The notes beneath the pieces were generated by a model that was not told the origin of the DNA, made no database searches, and saw only the letters and a program-made list of their open reading frames with translations. Position numbers and translations under genes: made by a program. A stretch of DNA of 60,962 nt, the filler included, from Rhabdomonas costata (Eukaryota): assembly GCA_019059605.1 (NCBI GenBank). It is 15 parts of 15 records of this genome, joined end to end, with 100 filler letters (N's around TTAATTAATTAA, not from the genome) between each part and the next. Parts side by side here need not be neighbours in the genome. Positions count along the whole stretch, not along the records: positions 49,050 to 52,954 come from JAHMHO010000453.1; positions 53,055 to 56,962 come from JAHMHO010000454.1; positions 57,063 to 60,962 come from JAHMHO010000455.1; 12 more parts are not named here. One strand, written 5' to 3'. Below are positions 49,829 through 60,962 of the stretch, piece after piece (the stretch's first letter is position 1; every line of letters begins with the position of its first letter).

Positions 49829-50897
49829 GTAGGTGGTTGGGGGTCGCCTACAATGGCTGCGAAAAGGATATTAAGCACATAAAGGGAATGAAATCGGGTC
49901 GAAAGGGTCCTGCTGTCAAGAAAAGGTTACGGGGAGGCAGCCGGGGTAATTGTCGTTTGCATACGTTCAGGTCAGTGAATTCCAGGGCGCAAGGCTGCCG
50001 ACGTTTATATGGCCTGCGTCACCTCAAACGTAAGAGGTGACGGTAGAAGGTCAAAATCAGCTTGAAAACACAAGCACAACCGATATGCACTGGAACCTAG
50101 TTTTTCACCCCACCCCACCCCGTTTTAGCTTCTAAGTCCGAAAACGCCTGATTTAAGCACACTTTTCGAAGTTGTGCCTTTTTGAGGTGACGGGGACAAT
50201 GTTACCAACCTCTCTGCTCCCTGTTCAATGACATCTGGGGGGTTGTTGGGCTGTCATGATGATTTCCGGTGGGTATTACTGAGATCAGGGGAGGTAGATC
50301 AGGTTGTGCGTCTAGTAGCAGGGTTTGAGGACGACTGAAGTGACCCCTGAGCGAGGGATCTTGATCTCGCACAGGGCCAGAGGGGGATGCATGGGTGTGG
50401 GTGCGGGCCCCAGCCCACTTTCAGAAATTTCCTGCCCCGTTCAGTCCCTTCCTGTAATTTGGTTTCAGGTCTTGCGGCTACTCTCATCTCCCAGTGTACT
50501 TTTCACCCGATATGCTCCCGATCCAAATTTTTCAGGAACACCGTAACATGTGCAGTGCACCACCGCCTCAATATTTTATTCGGTGTTTCTTCTCGATAAC
50601 TTTCTCTTTCCTAAGTTGTTACGGTGCCTCTCACTCACAACCGCCTTGGCTGCCTTTCGGCCAAGGCCCTGCCCCCCTTCACCTTTTTTTTTATGATTTT
50701 TATGACACCTTTCTCTCGTTTATCGGGCGTCTTGGGGTACGGCCTTCAGAAAAAGCCTTTTCCAGCTCGCATCAATGCAAAACCGCTGCTTCACACAACC
50801 CTGACTTTTCTCTCAATCCTTTTCCTTTTCCTTTACGACTACTTTCAAGCCAATAGCCGCCGACCTTTCACATGTTTCCTCTTTGCCCCGGAAAAAG

Positions 50898-52929
50898 GTC
50901 TTTGAGCTGCAGGAGGTGACGGAGGAGGAGGCCTTGCTTGGAATGCAGGAGCAGGCCAAGCAGCCCGCCCTAAACGGCCTCTCCCTGCTGGGGCTCTTGC
51001 GCAGCGGCGGGGATGACAACCTTATTCAGAAGCTGCTCTGCGGCCCGGTCGACCCGAACGCTCAGGACGAGGCTGATGGCAGGACGCCTGTGATCGCCGC
51101 AGTGGAGAAGGAGGCGGTGGGAGTGCTGGAGAATCTTCTGGCCAGGACAGCCTTCCCCGTGAATCTTACCCTTGCGGACAATGAGGGCAGGACGCCTCTC
51201 CTCCACGCCATTGGGACGGGCCGAGGGGAGATCTTTACCAGGCTTCTTGAGGCTCAGGCAGACATCAACGCCGAAGACAACAACGGCAAGTGTGGTGTGG
51301 TGTACGCCATTGAGCGTGGTCACGTGGAAATGTTCGAGGAGTTGCTAAAGAGGAACGCTAACGTGGAGAGCCAAGACAAAAATGACAGGTGCGCGCTGAT
51401 GTACGCCATCCAGCACGACCGCATGGAGATGTTCCAAGAGCTGATGAAGAGGAAGCCGAATTTGGAGTGCAGGGACAAGGAGGGCCGGACGGTATTGATG
51501 TACGCCCTGCAGAAGACACGAGCCACGGTATGCCTTCTGTGGTGGCTCTGCCCGCTATGCGCTGACCCCTGACTTCCCTGTCAACTCTAATTCGTAAGTG
51601 TCGAAGTGCGCTCACTATTGCTCTTCTGCGTGCTGCTTCATTTTCTTCGCTTCCGATTCCCATTCCCATTCCCATTCCGCTCGTGGTGCGCCTTTCTCGG
51701 GACCACAGACCTCCGAGGGCACCACCCCAAGGCAAGAGGACTCCCTCGACCCAGGGGCAATTATCGACGTGTTGCTGGCCGCCGGAGCGGACCTCACCGC
51801 GAAGGTCGGTCTGTCGGTCGGTCGGCTGGTTTCGTGAGCAGTTTACTCACGGTGTCGTGAGGCCCCCATTAGTTTCTTTTGCCCACGGTTTGCATGCATC
51901 TGGTTTTAACTGCATGGGCAGTTTCCTGACGCTGTTGTGCCTTGCAAGTTTTTTGCCGTGTTGCACACATCCGTTTTTGACTGAGTAGGACTTGAACGGC
52001 CGCTCGGTGGCGTACTACGCCGCAGGAGGTGGCCACTGGGAGGTTCTCCTCTCAGTGCTGGCCCGAGCCGAAGAGCTGAAGTTGGAGCTCAGTGTTGTAA
52101 GCGACCCCTCTTGCGGGGCAGACACCGTGCTGCACGTCGCGGCACGGAAGGGCGCTCCCGCCGCTGTCATTGAGAGGCTGGTTGCCTTGGGTGCCCCCGT
52201 CACCATCAAGGCATGCCTTGCGTGCTTGCCTGTTTGCTGCCATTATCACATACATATACCCCAACCCTAACAACCGTTAACGCTTGCTTCAAAAAACCGG
52301 CACAATAAGGCGCCCTTCTCCCTCACGCGATCTGATATAAATGTCTTGCACAGTTGGGAAGGGGCCCTACTGTCTTTGCGCTTAAGTGGGGTCCTACGTG
52401 TTTTTCGGGCCGTTGTGGAGATCGCAGGGATGGTCGATGACGCCGTACCCCCAGTCCCCCATTGCAGAGGACGTATCCCATGCACATGTGATTTGGTGGC
52501 TGTGATGACGCCGCCCTCCTGCGAAGAAGAACGGCCTGCTGGAAAGTCTTTTCACTGATTATCTGCAGGCACTTGAGGCACGGTTCCGGTTTGGTTCGCC
52601 CTCCTTCTTCCATATCGCTCTCTGCGCTTTTCGGCAGCGGCCCGCAAGTCAATGGAAGTCGATTTCTAGTGGTACTCCCCATTCCTCCGGAATACGGAAA
52701 AAGCTGTGTGTGTGCTTTGACGTCGGTGTGGTATGTGTGTTGGCAGGACGGTGCGGGGCGTGTGCCGTTGGCGGTGGCCTTGATGGTGTCCCGATGTGAC
52801 GACACGGCAGTGGCGCTGGTGGGCCCCAGCGTGGAGGGTGGGGTGGTGGTGCCCGGGGTCATTGCGGACCCGTCCTCGCAGCGGACATGGGCGCAGCTCG
52901 CGCTTGGGCTGCCCAGGACCTGCGCCGCA
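50898..52929 (+). CDS. Ankyrin-repeat protein (about 8 repeats, partial)
   Basis: Phase-0 exons 50898-51527, 51709-51804, 51989-52210 (GC donor) and 52747 to ~52929. Repeats include DGRTPVIAA, EGRTPLLHAI, EGRTVLMYAL, NGRSVAYYAA, DTVLHVAARKG and AGRVPLAVAL. Confidence 0.93.
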
Positions 52930-53054
52930 CTGCCAACACACATACCACACAACANNNNNNNNNNNNNNNNNNNNNNNNNNNNNNNNNNNNNNNNNNNNTT
53001 AATTAATTAANNNNNNNNNNNNNNNNNNNNNNNNNNNNNNNNNNNNNNNNNNNN

Positions 53055-56000
53055 GTTCCAGCGGGGCAAGGCACGGGCTCTGGGCTTCCCGCAACGCAGT
53101 ACGAACCTGCAGGGCATGGCCCTCCTGTGAGTCCATCGGTCGGGGTCGAGGTGTTTGCCCCGCCGCTGCAGTAAAATGACGCAGAGCACAGCCCCGTGGG
53201 AGACGAAAGCCCCTCGCTGGCGCAGAACGACCCAGCAGAACAGGCCATACACTCCGCCTGCGACGCCAGCCCGGTGCGGTTGCTGAAGCTCCCAACAGCG
53301 CAGGGGTAGAGCCGAGCCTGGGTGGTGCCATTCGGACAGAAGTAGCCTGCTGGGCATATCTCGGGCTGCGTGTAATTCTGGCCGTTACACTTGTTCGCGT
53401 TGTCGCAGAAGTAGCGTGCAGGGCAGACTTTGCATACGCTCTGCCCAGCCTGGTCCTGATAGCTTCCCGAGGGGCAAACCACAGGTGTTGCACTCCCCGA
53501 AGGACACACAAGACCAAATGGGCATGGCAGGGAGGGATACACTGTGCCCGAGGGGCAGTAGAAGCCAGCCGTGCACGAGGAGACAGGTACACTCATGCCT
53601 ACCTGGTCGCAGTAGTAGCCCCCGGTGCAGTTCACACATGAGGACAGGGACCACGTCCCATTGGCACCGTTGAAGGTTCCCTTCGGGCACGGCGTGGGGG
53701 CTCCAGATCCTTTCGGGCAGTACGCCCCGACAGGGCAAAGATTTCCGCTCACCCCGTCCGTGGGAGTCTTCGTCGAAGCTCCTCCAGCGCAGTAGTAGCC
53801 TTGGTCACACACATCGGTGGGCTGAGAAAGCCCGGTGGTGCTGCAGTAATATCCTGCCGAGCATGAGCTGCACTGGCTCGAGGTCTGCAGACCGCTTTGG
53901 TTGCTGTAGGTTCCCACCGGGCAACGGAACTGCGCGGCGTACCGCGTACCATTCGGGCAGAAGAAGCCTGGAGGACACTGCCGTGGCTGGGTGGCATTCG
54001 TTGTGGCGTTGCACTTGTCATCGAGGTCGCAGAAAGAGCCCGCTGGACACGCGGAGCACTTGTACAAACCAGCGGCGTTGGAATACGTCCCACTGGGGCA
54101 GGCCACAGGAATTCCTGTGCCGCTGGGGCACACAAAACCACTCGGGCAGACATAGGCGGGTGGGCGAGGTGAGCTCCCTCCAGCAGGACAATAGTACCCA
54201 GGGTAGCACACAGAGTTGGGTGCTGTCAACCCCGCTGCCGTGCACGCCGCACCTGCCGTACAGGCAGCGCAGTCCGAGACGTTTGCCCCACCTGCAGCGG
54301 AATTGAAGGTCCCAGCCGGGCACGGCCAAGGAGCAGAGCTGCCTTGCGGGCAGTATGATCCCGCAGGACACACATCTCCAGTAATCCCGTCCGTGGGGGT
54401 TGCGCTGGCAGCCCCACTCACGCAGTAGTACCTTGGGCTGCAAAGTCCTCTGGGCTGGCTAAGCCCGGGCTGATCACAGTACATCCCTGGGAGACACGTC
54501 GTGCACTGCGACACCGCCGATAGCTCGGTGAGGTTGGAGAAGGTGCCGTTCGGGCAGGCATATTGTGTCGCCGATGCCGTCCCCGCAGGACAGTAATAGC
54601 CAACAGGACAGGACTGGGGCTGGATGTACACGGGACCACTGCCCTGCACAGGAAGGTCACAATAGAATCCCGCCAAGCACGACTTGCAGCTCGAGGCGCC
54701 TGTGGTGTCCTGGTAAGTCCCGCGCTGGCAAGGCTGAGGCACAGCACTGCCCACAGGACACTGGAAGCCAAGCGAGCATGGGAGAGAGGGATAGCTGGTT
54801 CCATTGGGGCAGTAAAATCCCGCCAGGCATTGTGCCGTGGGCTGCACCAAGCCCAAACCGTCACAGTACATCCCAGAAGGGCACAACTCGCAGTAGTAGC
54901 CCCCGGTGCAGTTCACACATGAGGACAGGGACCACGTCCCATTGGCACCGTTGAAGGTTCCCTTCGGGCACGGCGTGGGGGCTCCAGATCCTTTCGGGCA
55001 GTACGCCCCGACAGGGCAAAGATTTCCGCTCACCCCGTCCGTGGGAGTCTTCGTCGAAGCTCCTCCAGCGCAGTAGTAGCCTTGGTCACACACATTGGTG
55101 GGCTGAGAAAGCCCGGTGGTGCTGCAGTAATATCCTGCCGAGCATGAGCTGCACTGGCTCGAGGTCTGCAGACCGCTTTGGTTGCTGTAGGTTCCCACCG
55201 GGCAACGGAACTGCGCGGCGTACCGCGTACCATTCGGGCAGAAGAAGCCTGGAGGACACTGCCGTGGCTGGGTGGCATTCGTTGTGGCGTTGCACTTGTC
55301 ATCGAGGTCGCAGAAAGAGCCCGCTGGACACGCGGAGCACTTGTACAAACCAGCGGCGTTGGAATACGTCCCACTGGGGCAGGCCACAGGAATTCCTGTG
55401 CCGCTGGGGCACACAAAACCACTCGGGCAGACATAGGCGGGTGGGCGAGGTGAGCTCCCTCCAGCAGGACAATAGTACCCAGGGTAGCACACAGAGTTGG
55501 GTGCTGTCAACCCCGCTGCCGTGCACGCCGCACCTGCCGTACAGGCAGCGCAGTCCGAGACGTTTGCCCCACCTGCAGCGGAATTGAAGGTCCCAGCCGG
55601 GCACGGCCAAGGAGCAGAGCTGCCTTGCGGGCAGTATGATCCCGCAGGACACACATCTCCAGTAATCCCGTCCGTGGGGGTTGCGCTGGCAGCCCCACTC
55701 ACGCAGTAGTACCTTGGGCTGCAAAGTCCTCTGGGCTGGCTAAGCCCGGGCTGATCACAGTACATCCCTGGGAGACACGTCGTGCACTGCGACACCGCCG
55801 ATAGCTCGGTGAGGTTGGGGAAGGTGCCGTTCGGGCAGGCATATTGTGTCGCCGATGCCGTCCCCGCAGGACAGTAATAGCCAACAGGACAGGACTGGGG
55901 CTGGATGTACACGGGACCACTGCCCTGCACAGGAAGGTCACAATAGAATCCCGCCAAGCACGACTTGCAGCTCGAGGCGCCTGTGGTGTCCTGGTAAGTC

Positions 56001-56737
56001 CCGCGCTGGCAAGGCTGAGGCACAGCACTGCCCACAGGACACTGGAAGCCAAGCGAGCATGGGAGAGAGGGATAGCTGGTTCCATTGGGGCAGTAAAATC
56101 CCGCCAGGCATTGTGCCGTGGGCTGCACCAAGCCCAAACCGTCACAGTACATCCCAGAAGGGCACAACTCGCAGTCGCTGACCGATGTGCTTCCGGTTTT
56201 GTCATTGAAGCTACCCGTTGGGCACAGTGTGGGATAGCTGCTGCCCACGGGACAATACGCACCCGCAAAGCAAACTGCACCTGGAGGTGAGGCCAGAGAA
56301 CTGCCAGCCCTGCAGTAGTATCCAGCTGCGCACTTCCCACTGGGCACCGACAAGCCCACGCTGCTGCAAAAGGATCCGGCGTCACAATGCAAACATTGGC
56401 TTGAACTCTGGAGCGTCGTGAGGTTGCTGTATGTCCCATTGGGACAAGGAAAGGCGTTGGGCACCCTGCTTCCGTTGGGACAGAAGTATCCCATCGGACA
56501 GGGTTGTGGACTGGATTCATTCAGAGCCATGTTAGCAGTAAAGTTGCAGTAGTAGCCTGCATTGTTTTAAAAGAAGGAAAGTGGGTATCCAAGGAAATGT
56601 CGGGAGGAAAAGAAAAATGCAAAAAAAGTTAACGATACCTGCGGGGCAGACCTTGCACACGAACTGTCCAATAGTGTCCTGAAATAGTCCTGCAGGGCAG
56701 GTCAAGTAGTACGGAGATGCAGAGGGGCAATACTTAC
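53055..56737 (-). CDS. Giant Cys-rich surface protein with GCC2/GCC3 (ephrin-receptor-like) repeats, partial at both ends
   Basis: Exons 56737-56639 and 56556 to the contig end at 53055. Dozens of CPxGxYCPxG / CPxGT(Y/F)xN...CxxCxxGxYC units with many NxT/S sequons. Confidence 0.92.
53607..56175. repeat. Near-perfect in-frame 1281-nt (427-aa) tandem duplication
   Basis: Period 1281. I see two differences (53815 C vs 55096 T; 54538 A vs 55819 G). TCGCAGT occurs at 53607, 54888 and 56169. Confidence 0.95.
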
Positions 56738-57651
56738 CTGCGGACGCAATGGAGCAAAATGGTAACGGAATGCAAAACAAAAGGTGAAATTACGTCACCA
56801 ACTTCGTTATGCCAACGCAAACGACTGCTGACTGCCAAGAACCAATATTTCGCATACATCCATGACCGAAAGACACAAATATGAACAAATCACTCCTTCT
56901 TCGTCACTCCACCCCAATTGTCCGCATACAGCATACCCAAACAACCACCCACACCCAACACANNNNNNNNNNNNNNNNNNNNNNNNNNNNNNNNNNNNNN
57001 NNNNNNTTAATTAATTAANNNNNNNNNNNNNNNNNNNNNNNNNNNNNNNNNNNNNNNNNNNNGTTGGGGGGTACTAGACTTAGTGGAAAAAAACGAAAAG
57101 AGACGAAGCCTAAGCGCGAAATCTCACTCACTTCGAAGAAGTCGCCCAGGCCAAGCTTTGGAAATCGTGAAGGGGGGAAAGGCTTGCACCTCTCAAGGCT
57201 GCGCGGAAGAAGCGCTTTCTGCCTGGGGTGGGGCCGCGTGAAGCGAGTAAGCAGGTCGGCGCCGGTATTTTGGTAACGTCTCAGAAAAGAAAAAAAAAGA
57301 AAAGTATGGGCGTAATTGCAGTAGGTGAGTGCCAAAAAGCGCGTAGGTGGGCATTGACCCACCAGCTGAAAAGAGTGCAGGAAAGCGTCAGTCCGTGACT
57401 CGGCATCAGCGACGCCCGCCCAAAAACCCCGCTGGTGCCCCAAAATCACAAACCTGCTTTGCATTCCTTGAGCGGATGCGACCATGATCCCAGACCTCAG
57501 TCTGCACCCGGACCTACTATTTTGCACTTTCCTCCGCTCCGCGTTAAACCACACACATGACACAGGCAAGCATGACACGGCGCAAAACATACGCACACAC
57601 TCACAAACACCGACACATGACGAAGTCACAACACAGCACCCCTCCGTCCTC

Positions 57652-60134
57652 TCAGCCTGGGGCCATCATGGAGGACGAGGCCCCAACGTCCGCAGTGGTC
57701 TCCCCGGGGAAGACTTCGTACCCGGGCACCTCGCTGCGGGCGTAGTGAACCTGCTCCGCGGGAAGTCCAGAGAGCAGGCTGAGCAGCCGGCTGATGTGAG
57801 TGTCCCCGGGGTGCGCGGAGCGGAGGTCCCGCAGCACGGAAAGGGCACCGAGCCTCCGCCCATCGGCGATCTGCCGGAAGACCTTGTCCAGGTCCCCGGC
57901 TCGAGGGGAGGGCGAGAGGTTCTTTTGCGATAGTGCAGGAGAAAGAGAGGAGAAGGGGGGGCAGACACGCAGGCCCCGACCAGAAATCGACTCACCCATG
58001 GGCAAATGGGGAATTGAGATGCCATGACGCACGGACTATAGCACAACTCAGGTGCGCAATGAGTCACTCCGCTGCAGGGCAAAATAGAACAAATCACGAG
58101 CGCCAAATAACACCAAATTTCTGGGTCAAACACGGCAATGGGTGGGGTAAATGGGAACCAATGCGAACGACAGGTGTGAGTGAGACGGGAGCTGCTGAAG
58201 GACCCTTAAGATGAACAAGCGAGGGAAGTTCTGCTCCTATCCATGCACCCACCCACAAGAACGAACCGAGTAAGCGTACATCCACTCCACGTTGGTCACC
58301 GCCCGGGCCGCGCGCAGCTGGTACACCGTGATCGGCACCTCCTGGTGCAGCATCTGCACCCGGTCCAGGGGCCGGCACTCGAACTCCGCCCGTACCTCAG
58401 CCTGCGCGGCCTCGTTCAGGATGATCTGTGTGCCCCAGTGCGTATTCAGCCGCTCCAGCCACCGCGCGCAGTGCAGCGCGGGCCCCAGAACGCCCAAGGA
58501 CTTCTGCGTGGTCGTGCCCACACTGCCCACAGTGGCGGGCCCCATCCAAACTCCTATCCGCAGCTGCACCGCAGCGCTGCCCCCGAAAACGCTGCGACAG
58601 AGGAACAAGAACAGGGACTGCGATTTAGAAAAGAGAAGAAACAATGCACGCGGCTGCAAAGATCCTGCTCTCTAAGCTGAGACTATTTTTGACAACAAGG
58701 ATAAATAAAAGAATGGTGAAGCCCTGTGACAGATCTTTTTTTACGCGATGCCAGAGCCGCGGGATAACCTTCCCCATACCCCTGAGCGCCAAACAAGTTC
58801 CCTGGATTCCAGAAGAAATAAAGGGGCTCCGCCCCCACCCAAAGTTCACACAAACAAAACGCCGAAACCCTCCAGAAAAAAAAACAGGACACCTGCGAAC
58901 CCCCTTGCTGATGTCCAGCGCCGCAGCGCATGCGTCTGCAGGGTGAGTGTGAGTCCGGACCATGGTGTTGTACGACGCGACGAGCCAGTCAGGTCCGAAG
59001 GAGTGGACCACACCTGTGAAGAAAACAGAACGGTCACCAGCACAGATCCCCACGGCCTCTGAAAAACCGCAAACAAAAGGGAGGGAACCATCCCGGCGCA
59101 CTTGAAAACCGACCCGACACATAGGCGGGCCTACGAGAGGGGGTGAAGACCGGGGAGTGCTTTTGAAAGGGACCCGAGCTCGGCGAAATTTCTGAACGGC
59201 TGACAAAAGGGTTTCGACAGTTTTACAACCACAATCAACCACGCTGGCATCTCAATAGCCATAGCCCAGGAAAACCATCTGGCCCTTGCCAAGCCTAGCA
59301 CATCAGCACATGCCACTAAAGACAATGGGTATGTGTTTAATTATATCTGTGTGTCGTGTGGGAGGCACCCACAGAGCAGGCGCCTGTGCCACCGCAAAGG
59401 AATGCAATGCACAGGTCTTGATTTTGTTCTGAATCCCGGGCTTCGGCGCTCCTCAGTTCGAATCGAGGCAGCATTGCATAACCCAAAACTTCTCCACCTT
59501 AGCATGCATTGTTAACCGAGGTATCACAACCAGTCTTTGAGCCTCCAGTCCAAATGCTGCACTCTCTTCCCCCTGCAGATACTGCATAGAAGGCCGGGCA
59601 ATCGTCCAAAGGCATATTGGGTGCGCACAGGGGTAGGGCTACTTTTAGGCTGCACGGTGGAGTGCGCCCCCAACGTCGCTTGCCAGGCCCCCGCTCCATA
59701 CCGTGGCGCGAGAGAGATGGATGGTGCTTGCTCGCGACATCTTTTGAGTTGTAAACTATCACGCAGAGTGTTCTTCTTTTGAGTTTTCTGCTAGATGCGA
59801 GAGTTATTGTTAATCAATCGTTTCCTCACGGAGAGGGAGGGAGCTAAACCTCTGTTGCGAGCGATGGAGGGCAGCACGGCCTCCAAGAGGCCCGCCGAGG
59901 TGGCCGCCACCCCGCGCTCCTGCTCCTCGCAGAACTGTTCCAGCCCCAACACACTGGCTGTAAGGAAGGTCGCCACCGTGGCCCTCAGTGGGCAGTTCAC
60001 GCGCTGCTGAATCCGCGGGCTGGGCTCCGTCACGCTCAGCACACTACACCGGCGGCCGTTGCCCGGGCCACCCGCCGCCCCTCGGGGGCCAGGAAGGATG
60101 CTCTCAAACACCGCCTGGATCCCGCTGGACATCA
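57652..60134 (-). CDS. Degenerate class III adenylate/guanylate cyclase-like protein, 3' part
   Basis: Phase-compatible exons 60134-59850, 59013-58893, 58591-58267, 57921-57652: ATFLTASVLGL...RNRGVVHSFGPDWLVASYN...HPADACAAALDI...LRIGVWMGPATVGSVGT...VLGPALHCARWLERLNTHWGTQIILNE...CRPLDRV...VYQL...EWMY. Confidence 0.85.
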
Positions 60135-60914
60135 CTGCCCACACCCCACCACAGAGAGAAGCGACAATGTATCATACTACCCCCCACAACAAAGCAGACA
60201 GTTACAGCTGCCTCCCAAACAAAAGGTACCTCACGTGCGTTCCACCTAATACAAGGTCACGAAGGAGGTTACCACTCAATCCAATCGACTGATTTTTAGG
60301 AACTTGGGGGGGGGGGACTCGATGCTTCCTGAGACGCCATTGCTCAGGGAATACAAGGCCATGTGACTGATTCTGGTTACAAGGCTCCGTTGTTGCTTTG
60401 AAATTTTGTATAGGGTACCTCCACTGAACCGGCACACGTCTTAGTACACAAAGATCACTGGAACGACCATCTTGCACACAAGCAGTGAAACAAAGGGGTC
60501 GACGTCCTTTGGCAGGTTGTTGCAGCACTCCAAAAAAGGCACTGGCAACGCATCTGAACCCTAAAAAGTGCTGGGTGGCTCCGTACCCACAGACCCAGCC
60601 CCGCCCCTGCATCGCTCACCCCATGCGACTACTTTTCGCAGCAAAGTAGTCGTTAATGCATAAACCCCTATGACGTACTTCGGAAAGTTACACTGCGATC
60701 ACGAACCTTCGTCCTTTTGGAGCATCGAAACTGAAACAGCTTCCAACTCAAGCAGCAAAAACCAACCTTGGGAGGGGGGAAGCAACTATTCTAACTTGAT
60801 GAGCACATGATCAGCGACGCACGGCCCCCTGCGTGTGTTTGTGTGTGTGGACACTACCTAGCGTGGACCGTCTTCGGCGGGCAAACAGCGGTAGCACAGA
60901 TGACTCTCTGCGGC

Positions 60915-60962
60915 GGTGGCAGACAGACTCCCCCACCCCTATGGGGGAGTCTGTCTGCCACC
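60915..60962. repeat. Perfect 20-bp hairpin at the end of the window
   Basis: GGTGGCAGACAGACTCCCCC-acccctat-GGGGGAGTCTGTCTGCCACC. Confidence 0.95.

Noticed and set aside
53385-56520. Many overlapping alternative-frame and antisense ORFs, also at 43349-44694
   Set aside because: They are shadows of long GC-rich coding sequences and are duplicated along with the tandem repeat.
60915-60962. Terminator-like or pre-miRNA-like hairpin
   Set aside because: It ends exactly at the sequence end like the other fold-backs, has no U-tract, and the context is eukaryotic.
1-60962. Euglenid non-conventional introns, spliced-leader RNA, rRNA or snRNA genes
   Set aside because: Every junction I could fix by protein homology is GT-AG or GC-AG, and I recognised no RNA gene. 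Only 13018-13170 remains open.

Overview
This window is not one locus. It is 15 unrelated eukaryotic contigs of about 3.9-4.5 kb joined by artificial 100-nt linkers (N44-TTAATTAATTAA-N44), plus one 86-N scaffold gap. Most contigs start G/T-rich and end C/A-rich, and several ends fold back on themselves, which points to whole-genome-amplified DNA. Genes are GC-rich and split by many short GT-AG (some GC-AG) introns. The gene content suggests a euglenozoan, probably a euglenid (inference). By manual splicing I recognise VPS51, VAC14, a divergent ubiquitin-like-RPS27A fusion, a LITAF-like protein, a PH+RING protein, an intronless coiled-coil-BTB-SPRY-like protein, an ankyrin-repeat protein, a GCC2/GCC3-type Cys-rich protein with a 1281-nt near-perfect duplication, two degenerate class III nucleotidyl cyclases and a probable decayed LTR retroelement. 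The standout is an 8-exon in-frame gene (25426-28772) that fuses the N-terminal calponin-homology-like domain of CCDC22 to an NRPS-type SAM-dependent N-methyltransferase domain. Also notable is a VAC14 intron whose ends are complementary (GU)n/(AC)n repeats and which has no polypyrimidine tract. All family assignments come from recalled motifs, not database searches.
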